Shown here: positions 46,527 through 57,408 of the stretch, piece after piece
Numbering within the stretch: the stretch's first letter is position 1
Layout: every line of letters begins with the position of its first letter
From: Vulcanimicrobiota bacterium
GTDB taxonomy: Bacteria; Vulcanimicrobiota; Vulcanimicrobiia; Vulcanimicrobiales; Vulcanimicrobiaceae
NCBI GenBank assembly: GCA_963812155.1
Contig: CAWETW010000003.1
Location: 96,001-160,000 of the forward strand
Reading direction: 5' to 3'
DNA length: 64,000 bases
Notes under the pieces: generated by a model
Told to the model about the DNA's origin: nothing
The model's database searches: none
What the model saw: only the letters and a program-made list of their open reading frames with translations
Position numbers and translations under genes: made by a program

Positions 46527-48257
46527 ATGCTCTCCAACGCCGAAGTCGCCGCCAAACTGCTCGAGACCCGCACGCTCATGGAGATGGCGGGTGAGTCGTT
46601 CTACAAATACATGGCGTACGAGAAGGCCGCGGCCTCGGTCGAGAACGCGCCGCCGTTGGCCGATTTGATCGGAGCGGGCGAGCATCTCAAGCTGCCGGGC
46701 GTCGGCAAGTCGATCGGTTCGGCGATCGAGCAACTCGTCGCGACCGGCACCTCCGATTTCTTGGACGACCTCCATCTTCGCTTTCCGTCCTCGATCCTCG
46801 AAGTGCTGGCGGTCAGCGGCATCGGCGTCAAGACCGCGGCGACGCTGTTCAGCGACTACGGCATCGCCTCGCTCGCCGATCTGGAACGCGCCATCGCATC
46901 GGACGCACTTGCGGGCGTGCCCCGCCTCGGCGCCAAGACGATCGACAATTGGAAGCGGGGCATTCTCGCGTATAAAGGACGGCTGCGGCGAACGCCGCTG
47001 TCGGAGGCGCTCGTCATCGCTTACGAGGCAATGAGTTTCGTGCGCGAGGGTCCTGCCGTCGACCGTCTGTTGCCCGCAGGCAGCTTGCGCCGCCAAGAAG
47101 TCACCGTCGGCGACGTCGATCTCGTCTGCACGTCGCAGCACGCCGCCGGCGTCATCGCACACTTTACGCGCTGGGAGCGCGCGGAGGCCGTGTTGGCGGA
47201 GGGACCGACGAAAGCCAGCATCTGGCTCCCCGGCGGCTTGCAGATCGACCTGCGCGTTCTTCCCGATCATCTCTACGGCAATCTGCTTCAGCATTTCACC
47301 GGTTCGCGCGAGCACAACATCAAACTGCGCGAGCACGCCGTTCGCCGGGGTTTGCGCGTGAGTGAAAACGGCATCTTGAATCTCGAAACCGGCGATGCGA
47401 CGGTGTGCTCGGAAGAGGCCGGCGTCTACACGGCGCTCGGCATGCAGTACGTGCCGCCCGAACTGCGCAGCGGACTTGACGAGATCGACCTAGCGCTCGC
47501 GGGCGCGCTTCCGGCGCTCGTGGAAACGACCGATCTTCGCGGCGACTTTCACATGCACACGACCTGGAGCGACGGCGACGATACGCTCGAGGCGATGGTG
47601 GCGGCCGCGGCGGCGCGCGGCTACGAATACCATGCCATCAGCGATCATTCGCAAGGCCGCGGCCGGCGCTTCGGCATGTCCCCGGAACGCGTGCGCGAGC
47701 AGCGCCGCGCGATCGAAGCGCTCGGCGACCGCTACGGCGTGCGCACGCTCTGCTCGAGTGAAGTCGACATCCACGCCGACGGATCGCTCGACTACGACGA
47801 CGCCGTCTTGGCGGAACTCGACGTCGTCGTCGCGTCGGTGCATTCGGCGATGCAGCAGTCGCGGGACGAAATGACCGTGCGATTGATCCGTGCTTGCGAA
47901 AACCCATACGTGACGATCATCGGGCATCCGACCGGGCGCCGCTTCGACGGCGGCGCGGGTTACGAGTTCGACTACGACGCCGTCTTCGCAGCCGCGGCGC
48001 GAACCGGAACGGCACTGGAGATCGACGGCCAAGCGATGCGGCTGGACTTGCCGGCGCCGCTGGCGCGCCGGGCAAAGTCGTTCGGCGTGACGTTTACGAC
48101 CGACAGCGACGCGCACCGGACGCGCGACCTCATCAACGCCGAACTCGCGATCGGTCAGGCCCGGCGCGCCGGTTTGACCAAAGACGACGTCCTCAACGCC
48201 AAGCCGTTCGAAGAGATGCTCGCGTTCGTCAACGCCAAGCGCGTGAGGGCGACGTGA
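46527..48257 (+). CDS. polX: DNA polymerase X with PHP domain
   Basis: HhH motifs LPGVGK and VSGIGVK; GSLRR, GDVDL, IDLRV, HFTGSREHN; PHP motifs HMHT, SDHS, GHPTGR, SDAH. Confidence 0.95.
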   Translation: MLSNAEVAAKLLETRTLMEMAGESFYKYMAYEKAAASVENAPPLADLIGAGEHLKLPGVGKSIGSAIEQLVATGTSDFLDDLHLRFPSSILEVLAVSGIGVKTAATLFSDYGIASLADLERAIASDALAGVPRLGAKTIDNWKRGILAYKGRLRRTPLSEALVIAYEAMSFVREGPAVDRLLPAGSLRRQEVTVGDVDLVCTSQHAAGVIAHFTRWERAEAVLAEGPTKASIWLPGGLQIDLRVLPDHLYGNLLQHFTGSREHNIKLREHAVRRGLRVSENGILNLETGDATVCSEEAGVYTALGMQYVPPELRSGLDEIDLALAGALPALVETTDLRGDFHMHTTWSDGDDTLEAMVAAAAARGYEYHAISDHSQGRGRRFGMSPERVREQRRAIEALGDRYGVRTLCSSEVDIHADGSLDYDDAVLAELDVVVASVHSAMQQSRDEMTVRLIRACENPYVTIIGHPTGRRFDGGAGYEFDYDAVFAAAARTGTALEIDGQAMRLDLPAPLARRAKSFGVTFTTDSDAHRTRDLINAELAIGQARRAGLTKDDVLNAKPFEEMLAFVNAKRVRAT

Positions 48258-49061
48258 TCGAGACGATGACCGTCACCGCTCCCGACGGGGCGACGGCCGG
48301 CGCGCGCGTCGCGGGCGATCGCGGACCGGCGCTGATCTTCGTGCACGGCGTCGGCTCGACCGCGTCGATCTGGGACGCACAACTCGCGGCGTTTGGGGAC
48401 GCGTATCGTTGCGCCGCGATCGAACTGCGCGGCAACGGTGCGTTGCCCGATCCGGAGCCGTCGTCGATTACGCGCGAAGGCTTCGCCGACGACGTGCTCG
48501 CGATCGCGAATGCGCGCGGCGCGGACCGATTTACGCTCGTCGGCTGCAGTCTCGGCGGCGTGGTCGCATTCGAGTTGTGGAAGCGCGTTCCCGAGCGCTT
48601 CGAGAGCGATGGTCATCGTCGGTAGTTTCGCGCGTTATCCCGACGGCCAAGCCTACGCCGACGGCGTCAAGGCGGCGGCGCGCGAAGCCGGCGACATGCG
48701 CGCCTTCGCAACGTCGCGTGCGGCGAAGTTGGGCCTGCCGCCGGAGCGGCTGCGTGAGACGATCGACCAGATGGCGGCAAAATCCGTCGATTGTTATCTC
48801 GCCTCCACGCAGGCGACGTGGACGGGCGACTATCGCGCCGTGCTCCCGACGATTGGGGTTCCGGCTCTCGTCCTTTGCGGGGAACGCGACGCCGTCGCAC
48901 CGCGCGCACTGTCGGAAGAGATTGCGCGCGGCATTCCGGCCGCACGGTTCGCGAGCGTCGCCGGCGCCGGACACGTCGCCAACGCGGATGCGCCCAGCCG
49001 CTTCAACGAACTGCTTCGCGAGTTTCTTCAGCGCGACGCACAAAAAGGATCGCTCCTTTAG
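48254..49061 (+). CDS. Alpha/beta hydrolase (frameshift near 48603)
   Basis: FVHGVG and GCSLGG in one frame; GERDAV and AGHVAN in the next. Confidence 0.85.
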
Positions 49062-49918
49062 AGCGGGGTGAGGCGTTCGCTGCCGCTGTAAACGTTGGCG
49101 CGGCCGTCGCGCACGAAGCCCGCGAGGGTGATGCCGAATTCGCGCGCGAGTTCTACCGCGAGACTGCTCGGCGCGGAGACCGAACACACGACGGGAATCC
49201 GCGCGACCGCACTTTTCTGCAAAATCTCGTAGCCGGCGCGTCCGCTCACCATCAAAATGCAGCGCGAGAACGGGAGGCGGCCGTCGAGCAATCCCCAGCC
49301 GACGATTTTGTCGACCGCGTTGTGGCGGCCGACGTCTTCGCGCGCCACGATCGGCGAACCGGTTTCGTCGAAGAGAGCGGCGGCATGGAGTCCGCCGGTG
49401 GATTCGAAGATGCGCTGCGCCTGCCGCATGCGCTCCGGCAGCGAGTAGAGCAGTTCGGGTGCGATCGACACCGCGTCGTCGAGCGGGGGCACACCGCGGT
49501 CGCGCAGCGAATCGAGTTGCGCGCGTCCGCAGACGCCGCACGCGCTGCTCGCGGTAAAGTGTCGCTCGAGCCGCGTCACATCGGGAAGCGCACCGCGCGC
49601 TAGTTCGATGCTCACGACGTTATAGCGTTGATCGGGATCGAGCGCCGGATCCAAACAATAGGTGAGTTGCGCGATCTCCTCGCGCGAACGCACGATGCCT
49701 TCGCCGAATGCGAAGCCGGCCGCCAACTCGAAATCGTTGCCCGGAGTGCGCATCGTGACGGCCAGCGCGGCCGTCTCCCCGCCGGCGCTCACGCGAAGTT
49801 CGAGCGGCTCCTCGGTGACGACGGCATCCTCTTTCGACGCGCGATTCGAGCCGTCGAGCGACAACACGGTCGTTTCGACGGTGCGTCCGGGCCGTGCGCG
49901 CGTCTCATCCGCCGTCAT
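49058..49918 (-). CDS. fdhD: Formate dehydrogenase accessory sulfurtransferase
   Basis: EEPLE, TMRTPGND, SACGVCG, TGGLHAA, EDVGRHNAVDK, SAPSSLA. Confidence 0.96.
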   Translation of the reverse strand: MTADETRARPGRTVETTVLSLDGSNRASKEDAVVTEEPLELRVSAGGETAALAVTMRTPGNDFELAAGFAFGEGIVRSREEIAQLTYCLDPALDPDQRYNVVSIELARGALPDVTRLERHFTASSACGVCGRAQLDSLRDRGVPPLDDAVSIAPELLYSLPERMRQAQRIFESTGGLHAAALFDETGSPIVAREDVGRHNAVDKIVGWGLLDGRLPFSRCILMVSGRAGYEILQKSAVARIPVVCSVSAPSSLAVELAREFGITLAGFVRDGRANVYSGSERLTPL

Positions 49919-50804
49919 CGTCCCCCGCTTCCGGCCGGTCCTGCACGTAGACGGTCCCGAAACGTCCTTTGATGCAGAGGTTGCCGTGCGTCACCTCGTT
50001 CTCCAACGGCGCGGTAACTTTGACGATGGAATCGTCCTGCACGTGCAAACGAAGCGTGCAGCCGACGCCGCAGTAGGGGCAAATCGTATCGGTGCGCGTT
50101 TGGCGCGCTTCGTCCCAGAGGCCCTGGGTGCGCAGCTCGTGCTCGGAGGAGAACATCAGCGCGCCCGTCGGACAGACGCCGATGCAGTTGCCGCAGTAGA
50201 CGCAGGCCGAGTCGGGCAGCGGCACGTCGTATTCGGTCGAGATGCGGGCGTCGAAGCCGCGGCCGGCGGTCGCAATGGCAAATGTGTTTTGGGCATCCGT
50301 GCCGCACGCTTCGACGCACTTGTAGCAGAGGATGCACTTCGAGTAGTCGCGGACGTAGAGCTCGTTGTCGACCTTCACCGGTTGTGCTACCGTTGCGCCA
50401 TGGGTGCCGTAGCGGCCGGGATCGGCGCCGTAACGCGCCGCGTAACGCTGCGCGTCGGGTGCCGTCGAAAGATCCACCGACGACCCGAGAAACTCCAGTA
50501 CCATCTTGCGGCTGTGGCGAACGCGCTCGGAGTCGGTGCGGATCTTCATGCCGGCTTCGGCTTTGCGGGCGCACGCAGGCACCAGGACGCGAGCGCCCTC
50601 CAATTCGACGACGCAGACGCGGCAGGCATTGACCGGCGTCAGCGTCTGCAGAAAGCAGAGCGTCGGCGTTTCGACGCCGGCGGCGTTGCACGCGTCGAGT
50701 ATCGTGGCACCCTCGGGAACCGTCACGGTTTTTTCGTCGATGGTAACGTCGAAAACGCGCAGCGGCGCTTCCACCGGACGCTGCGGAAGCGGACCGTGAA
50801 TCAC
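49905..50804 (-). CDS. Fe-S subunit ([2Fe-2S] + [4Fe-4S] ferredoxins + molybdopterin-proximal [4Fe-4S]); detached N-terminus of the FDH alpha subunit
   Basis: PTLC...NACRVC...PAC; CILCYKCVEAC; CVYCGNCIGVCP; CPYCGVGC...GNLCIKGRFG. Confidence 0.9.
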   Translation of the reverse strand: MIHGPLPQRPVEAPLRVFDVTIDEKTVTVPEGATILDACNAAGVETPTLCFLQTLTPVNACRVCVVELEGARVLVPACARKAEAGMKIRTDSERVRHSRKMVLEFLGSSVDLSTAPDAQRYAARYGADPGRYGTHGATVAQPVKVDNELYVRDYSKCILCYKCVEACGTDAQNTFAIATAGRGFDARISTEYDVPLPDSACVYCGNCIGVCPTGALMFSSEHELRTQGLWDEARQTRTDTICPYCGVGCTLRLHVQDDSIVKVTAPLENEVTHGNLCIKGRFGTVYVQDRPEAGDDDGG

Positions 50805-52578
50805 GATGCCGTCTCCGGAAACGCGCCGGCGAGTTTGCGTGCCGACGCGATGGCGTTGGCGGCCGTCTGCCCGAGCCCGCAGATCGAGGCGTCGCGCATC
50901 ACGCGCGTAACGTCGTCGAGTAGCGTGAGGTCGATGACGTCGAGCGCTTCTTCTTGGCGGACGGTGCCGACCCGGCACGGCACGCACTGCCCGCAGGATT
51001 CGTCGCGAAAGAAACGTGCGATGCGCTGCAGCAGCGGCATCAGTGCGGTCGAGCGGTCGAACACCGCGACGACGCCGGAGCCGAGCGTCGCTCCCGCGGC
51101 GCGCGCGCCTTCGAACGACAGCGGCATCGAAAGCGCGTCGCCGGCGACGAAGCCGCCCGCCGCACCGCCCATGAGAATCGCCGCGATCGAATCGGCGGGC
51201 GGCGCGCCGGCGAGCTCGAGAAGCGTGCCCAGCGCGGTTCCGTGTTCCACCTCGTACACGCCCGGACGTCGTACGCTGGCCCCCGAGACGCAGAAGAGCC
51301 GCGTTCCCGTCGAATCGGGCGTTCCCAGCCGCGCGTACGCGGCGCCGCCCTCGAGCACGATATGCGGAAGGTTTGCGAGCGTTTCGACGTTGTTGATGAG
51401 CGTCGGCTTGCCGAAGAGTCCGCTCTCGACCGGAAACGGCGGTTTGCTGCGCGGCTCGCCGCGTTTGCCTTCGATGGAGTTGAAGAGCGCGGTCTCCTCG
51501 CCGCAAATATAGGCGCCCGCGCCGCGGCGGATCTCGACGTCGAACGCGAAGCCGGCACCCATCACGTCGTTGCCGAGCAGCCCGTCGCTGCGCGCCGCCG
51601 CGATCGCATTGCCGAGCCGCCGTGCGGCCAACGGATATTCCCCGCGCACGTAAATGAAGCCGCGTTCGCAGCCGGCCGCGTACGCGGCGATCGTCATCGC
51701 CTCGATGACGGCGAACGGATCGTGCTCCATCAGCACGCGATCCTTGAACGTGCCCGGTTCGGATTCGTCGGCGTTGCAGACGACGTAGTGCGGCTGTTGC
51801 GGCAGCCGTCGCAACCGCCTGCATTTTTCTTCCGGCGGGAAACGCCGCGCCTCCGCGCCCGAGCAGGTTCGACGCAACGACCTCTTCGACGACGCGTTCG
51901 CGCCCGAGTTCCAACGCGCGCGCCAGCGCGCGATAGCCGTCGTGCGCGCGATACGCGGCAAGGCGCTCGGGATCGACGCGACCGACGCGGCGCAGCAAGC
52001 GCAGGGGCGATCCGCCGGCGCGCGGCGGCGGCTCGTCGCCATCGCCCGCGAGCGGATTCGAAAGCAGGCTGCGCGCGTCGTCGACCTGCAGCGGCGCGAT
52101 CTGACGCTCGACCGGCGCTTCGCCGGCTACGCACAGCAGCGCCGCCGGCGCCCGATCGCACAATCCGAGGCACGGGCTGCGCTGCCACGTGGCGCGACCG
52201 TCCGGCGTCACCGCGCCGGACGGTCCGCACAGCGATTCCAGCGCGTCGCAAATCTCCGCCGCGCCGCCGTTCGCGCAGACGACGTCGTCGCAGACGTGCA
52301 GCACCGCCGGTGGACGCGGTGTCGTCGAGAACATCGCGTAAAAGGTCGCGACGCCGTATGCGTCGGCCGGAGGTACGGCGAGGCGCTCGCAGGCGTAGTT
52401 CAACGCGCCGCCGCTGATCCAACCGACGCGTGCGTTGATGGCATGCAACACCGGGAGCAAGAGATGCCGCCGTTGCCGTGCCGCCGCGCCCGATTCATCG
52501 TCCGGTGCGCCGAGGACGCGATCGACCGCCGCACGCTCTTCGGGCGTCGCGACCGCGCCGCGTAAAATGCAGATCCAC
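50801..52578 (-). CDS. NuoE-NuoF-like fused diaphorase subunit of NAD-dependent FDH (frameshifts near 52565 and 51810)
   Basis: VATFYAMF, CDDVVC, CLGLCD (NuoE); GRGGAAFP, CNADESEPGTFKDR, GAGAYICGEETAL, ESCGQCVPCR, SICGLG (NuoF). Confidence 0.88.
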
Positions 52579-52589
52579 GGCGATGCCCG

Positions 52590-54482
52590 CTACGAAATCC
52601 GTTCGAGGCGCACGGCCGCGGCCTTGAACTCGGCCGTCCCCGACTTCGGATCGACGGCGTCGATGGTGAGCAAATTGGTGGCGACCTCGTCGTTGAAGTG
52701 CGGCGTCATGAAGACGAGACCGGCCCGCAGGCCGTCGTCGATGCGCACCGGCGCGTCACCGATCCGCGCCGCGAACTCACGCGCACGCGCTCGTCCCTCG
52801 CGCACGCCGTAGCGCGCCGCGTCGGCCGGCGAGATGTCGAGCGTTTCGCCGCGCCGCAGCGGCGATGCGTATCCGCCGCTCTGCACGCCGGTGTTGAACG
52901 AGTCCAAGCCGCCGGCCGGTCGTCAGCCGTAACGGAAACTCGTCGTCGAGCGCTTCGACCGGCGGATCGTGATCGACCGACTGCAAACGGCGCGTGCGGC
53001 CGCGATCGGATCCTGCCAAAGGCGCTCGTGCAAGAATGAGTTCGCCCGGGTGCGTCTCGTCGTAGCACGGCCATTGAATGCCGTCGAGTTCCTCGAGCCG
53101 CGCGTAGCTCATGCCCGCGTGCCACGGCGAAAGCGAGCGGCACTCGTCCCAGATGGCCTCCGCGACGGCGTCGCCCCAGTCGTGCCCCAGACGGCGCGCG
53201 AGTTCGAACAGAATCGCGAGTCTTCGCGCGCTTCGCCCGGCGGTTCGAGGGCCTTGCGCACGCGCTGCACGCGCCGCTCGCTGTTCGTCACCGTGCCTTC
53301 GCTTTCGCACCAGCTCGACGCCGCCGGTAAGACGACGTCGGCCATTTCGCCGGTCTTCGTAAGAAAGATATCCTGTACGATCAGCGTTCGCAGGCCGCGC
53401 AGCAGCGCGATCGCTCGATGCTGATCGGCCTCCGACTGCGCCGGATTTTCACCGAGATGTAGAGCGTATCGAGTTCTCTGCGTTCGATGGCCTCGAACAT
53501 CTGCGTGAGGTTCCATCCCGCCGTGGGCGGCAGCCAGCTGCTCCACGCGCGCTCGAACTTCTCTCGCACGTGCGCGATCGTCGACGAACTGTCCGCCGGG
53601 ATAGCTGTCGGGTAATCGCGCCCATGTCGCCGCCGCCCTGCACGTTGTTTTGTCCGCGCAGCGGACAGACGCCCGATCCATAGCGGCCGACGTGACCGGT
53701 CAAGAGCGCAGAGGTTGATGAGCGCGCGGACGTTGTCGACCGCGTTGTGGTGCTCGGTGATGCCGAGCGTCCAGCAGAGTTGCGCGCTGGGCGCGCTCGC
53801 GTACGCGTGCGCCAGCTCCGCGATGCGCTCGCGCGGGACGCCGGTCGTCTTCTCCGCGTACTCGAGCGTGTAGGGCTCGTACGTGGGCGGCGTAGTGCTC
53901 GAAGCCGCTGGTCGCGCGTTCGATGAACGCGCGATTCTCCAGACCGGCGGCGAGAATCTCGCGCCCGACGGCGTTCGCCAGTGCAATGTCGGAACCGACG
54001 TCGAGCCCGAGCCATCCGTCCGCCCAGCGCGCCGAACTCGTCCGGCGCGGATCGACGACGTAGAGTTTCGCGCCGTTGTGGATGCCCTTGAGGACGTGAT
54101 GAAAGTAGATCGGATGCGTTTCGCGCGCATTCGATCCCCAGAGGACGATGACGCCGGTGCGTTCAGCTTCTTCGTAGGAGCTGGTGCCGCCGCCCGCGCC
54201 GAAGACCGTCGTCAGACCGACGACGCTCGGAGCGTGTCACGTTCGGTTGCAGCTGTCGACGTTGTTGCTGCCGACGGCGACGCGTGCGAACTTCTGAGCC
54301 ACGAAGTTCACTTCGTTGGTCGCCTTCGAACAGCTGAACATGCCGAAAGTGCGCGTCGCGTCGCGCTCGCGCGCGTCGTACAACGCCGCCGCGGCGCGAT
54401 CGAGCGCCTCGTCCCACGTTGCCCGGCGCAGCGAGTCGCCGTCGCGCACCAGCGGATGCGTCAGCCGCCGGTATCGTTTCAT
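52590..54482 (-). CDS. fdhF: Selenocysteine-containing formate dehydrogenase catalytic (Mo/W-bisPGD) subunit; multiple frameshifts
   Basis: RLTHPLVR...SKATNE...[20 protein letters not shown]; later fragments [24 protein letters not shown]...[24 protein letters not shown]. Confidence 0.85.
54196..54239 (-). promoter_or_regulatory. Sec UGA codon (54239-54237) and bacterial SECIS hairpin
   Basis: UGA, then 11 nt, then CGUCGUC-GGUCU-GACGACG (54225-54207), with lower stem CCGAG/UUCGG. Confidence 0.85.
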
Positions 54483-55245
54483 GACGGACGGTTTCCGGAC
54501 GAAGGCTGCGTTACCTCGCGCTGCCGCGACGGCGCCGCACGCCGCAGCACCAGCACGGCGATCGCCGCCAGCGCCGCGTATGCCGCGGCGATCGCAAACA
54601 GCGTCGCGTCGCCCCGCGAACCACGCGACGCCCAACGCCTTCGCCAAACCAAAATGTGCCGACCGATGCGAGCATCACGCCGACCAATGCCTTCATGGCA
54701 TTCTCCGGTACGCGCGCGAACGGCTTGTGCAGGACGATCGCCGCCGCCGTAACCGCCGCGAATGCGGCCGCGGCGCCGGCTGCCGACCACGAGAGCGCGC
54801 GCGAGGCTCGCCGAGCCGAACGTGACCACGATGACGGCGACCTCGAGACCTTCGACGAAGACGCCTTGAAATGCGACCGCCAGACCGGCGCGCGCTTCGC
54901 CGTCGTGCAAACGCGCGATTTCGCGTTCGAAGACGGCGCGCTCGTCGCGCATTCGCAGGCGTCCGGCATACCGCAACACGGCTTTGCGCAGCCAGACGAA
55001 TCCGAAGAGCGACGAGGAACGGTCCGGCGACCAGTTGGATCCTCTGCTAACGCCGAAGCGTTGGCCAGCAGCGGGCCGAAGAGCGCGATGATGACCGCCA
55101 GCGCGCCGCCGGCCAGCGCCGCACCGGTTAATGCGGCGCGCCAGCCCTGAGCGTATCCCACGGCGAGCACGATCGTGGCCGCTTCGACGCACTCCACCGC
55201 CGATGCCAGGAACGCCGTTCCGCCGAGAACCCAGCCGTGCATCAT
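54479..55245 (-). CDS. COG4280-like membrane protein (frameshifted)
   Basis: Repeated acidic TM motifs ASAVECVEAATIVLAVG and GVFVEGLEVAVIV; VPENAMK...GTFWFGEG; pieces lie in several frames. Confidence 0.7.
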
Positions 55246-55359
55246 CACGTCATCCTACCCCGGCGCAGGCGGGTGCGCCAAATCGCAGGTCCTGCGAAGG
55301 AAGCGGAGCCTTCCTCACCGCACCTATCGAGCCCGGACATCCCGCAGGAGGAGCCTATC

Positions 55360-56331
55360 GTGGATCTTTCGTCGACGATCGTATACGCGGGCGGCGATTT
55401 CGTCCGCTACGACGAGGCCAAGGTCGGGCCTGCTCACGCACGGCCTCCAATACGGCACCGGATGTTTCGAAGGCATTCGCGGCTATTGGGCTCCGGACGA
55501 AGACGAACTCTTTCTGATTCTAGTGCGCGATCACTACGAGCGCCTGATCACCTCGGCAAAGATTCTGACGATGACGGTTCCGTACACGCGTCGACGAACT
55601 CATCGACATCACGCTCGAACTCTGCCGGCGCAACCACTTCGCGCACCGACGTCTACATCCGTCCCTTCATGTATAAAGCCGCCGAAGACATCGGCGTGCG
55701 CCTGCACGACGTGCCCGACGCATTCGCGATCGTGCCGGTTCCGTTCACCGCGTACCTCGACACGTCGCACAGGGCTTGAGCGTCTGCGTGAGTTCGTGGC
55801 GCCGCGCCGACGACACGATGGCGCCGCCGCGCGCCAAGATCACCGGACTCTACGTCAACTCGGCGCTGGCAAAAAGCGAAGCGGTCGAAAACGGCTACGA
55901 CGAAGCGATTCTGCTCTCGCACGACGGTCACGTCGCCGAAGGTTCGGCGGAGAACGTCTTCCTCGTGCGCCGCGGCGTGCTCTACACGCCGGATCCGTCG
56001 CAGAACGTGCTCGAAGGCTGCACGCGCCGCGCGATCATGGACATCGCGCGCGACGAGTTCGGGCTGCAGGTCGTCGAGCGTTCGATCGATCGCGGCGAGC
56101 TCTACTCGTGCCGAGGAAGCGTTCTTCACCGGTACCGCCGCCGGCGTCGCGTACATCGCGGCGATCGACCGCCGCTCCGTCGGCGACGGCAACATCGGTC
56201 CGATCACCAAGAGTCTAGGCGAGTTCTACGGGCGCGTGGTGAGCGGCCGCGAGCCGCGCTACGAACACTGGATCACGCGCGCCTACGCGCCGTCGCAGTT
56301 GACCGTACCGCTCTCGCCGGCGCGCGCTTAG
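55360..56331 (+). CDS. ilvE: Branched-chain amino acid aminotransferase (several frameshifts)
   Basis: AGGAGG RBS; fragments LLTHGLQYGTGCFEGIR, YIRP, SSWRR...AKITGLYVNS, EGSAENVF, LEGCTR, FFTGTAAG, GPITK. Confidence 0.88.
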
Positions 56332-57335
56332 GGGCCGCCTCCGGCGCCTCCGACGAGCGAGCCCTCCGGCTGGCTCGCGCCGCTCCAATAGCGGACGTCG
56401 GGCGAGGTCGAGCCGGGTTCGCCGGAAATCGCGGGAAACGTCAGGCCGCTGGCTTTGCGCCAGCGCGCGAGCCGCACTTCGTCGGCGTATGCGATCCGTG
56501 AAATCGAGTGGATGAACGTGCGGCCGAGATCCTGCGAGGGCAGTGCGGTCGTCATCACCGCGATGACGTAGGGCGCGTCCGAAGCGTAGACGATGCCCGC
56601 GTCGTTGAGCGTATCGAAGAACGAGCCGGTTTTGTGAGCGATGGGCACGTCGTCGGGTAACGGCTCGGGAATGAGCGTGTTGTATTGGTCCTGCTCGAGG
56701 ATCGAGATCATCTCGTTCGAGGACCACTCGTCGATGAGGCGCCGCTGCGCCATCAACGTGAGCAGCCGCACGAGATCGGACGGCGACGTGCGCAGTTCGC
56801 GGCGCACGCTCCAGCCGGTCGTCCGGATATCGTCGCGCAAATGCGTGCGCGCGAGGCCCAAGCCGGCCATCGAATGATTGATGTTGCGACGCCCGACGAG
56901 CCGGATCAGCATGTTCGTCGCGGTGTTGTCGCTGATGTCGATCATCTTCTCGAGCAACTCCGACACCGCGTACGACGTGCCGGCGGGCGCGTCGCAGAGT
57001 TCTCCCGATCCCCAGTCCTTGTCGGAAGTGCGCAGCACCACGCGCTTCTGCAAATCGAAGCGTCCGGTTTCGAGTTGACGGAAAACCTCGACCATCACCG
57101 GAATCTTGATCGTCGACGCGGCCGGCATGCTCGCGCTTGCATTGAGACCGGTGTGATATCCGGTGCTCAAATCGAAAACTTCGAGCGCGGCCGGCGCCGC
57201 AAGATGCGCGGCCAATTTTCCGGCTTCGCGATGAAGCTGTGCGAGCGGGGCGGGGAGGTCGGCGGAAGCGGGGGCGATCGTGGTGACGAGGGCGAGAACG
57301 GCAACCGCGGCAGCGGCTGCAACGTAACGCTGCAT
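56328..57335 (-). CDS. Serine hydrolase, class A beta-lactamase-like (Beta-lactamase2 family)
   Basis: Signal peptide; AASTIK (SxxK), SDN, HKTG. Confidence 0.88.
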   Translation of the reverse strand: MQRYVAAAAAVAVLALVTTIAPASADLPAPLAQLHREAGKLAAHLAAPAALEVFDLSTGYHTGLNASASMPAASTIKIPVMVEVFRQLETGRFDLQKRVVLRTSDKDWGSGELCDAPAGTSYAVSELLEKMIDISDNTATNMLIRLVGRRNINHSMAGLGLARTHLRDDIRTTGWSVRRELRTSPSDLVRLLTLMAQRRLIDEWSSNEMISILEQDQYNTLIPEPLPDDVPIAHKTGSFFDTLNDAGIVYASDAPYVIAVMTTALPSQDLGRTFIHSISRIAYADEVRLARWRKASGLTFPAISGEPGSTSPDVRYWSGASQPEGSLVGGAGGGP

Positions 57336-57408
57336 CCGAGCGCGATTGCCGTATCCGCAGCGACCTTCCTGCCGGGTTTGGGTTGCGCTCCGCCGAACGC
57401 GCGGCCAA

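Noticed and set aside
49905..52460. 851-aa single ORF joining NuoE to the Fe-S subunit
   Set aside because: Produced by a frameshift near 51810. The middle of the ORF is out-of-frame NuoF, and the Fe-S gene has its own GTG overlapping the NuoF stop.
54237..54239. Nonsense mutation truncating the FDH gene
   Set aside because: The UGA is at the Mo-ligand Cys/Sec position and is followed by a SECIS-like hairpin.
56328..57335. Bona fide antibiotic-resistance beta-lactamase
   Set aside because: SxxK, SDN and KTG are present, but no omega-loop ExxLN motif is visible; it is more likely a PBP-like serine hydrolase.
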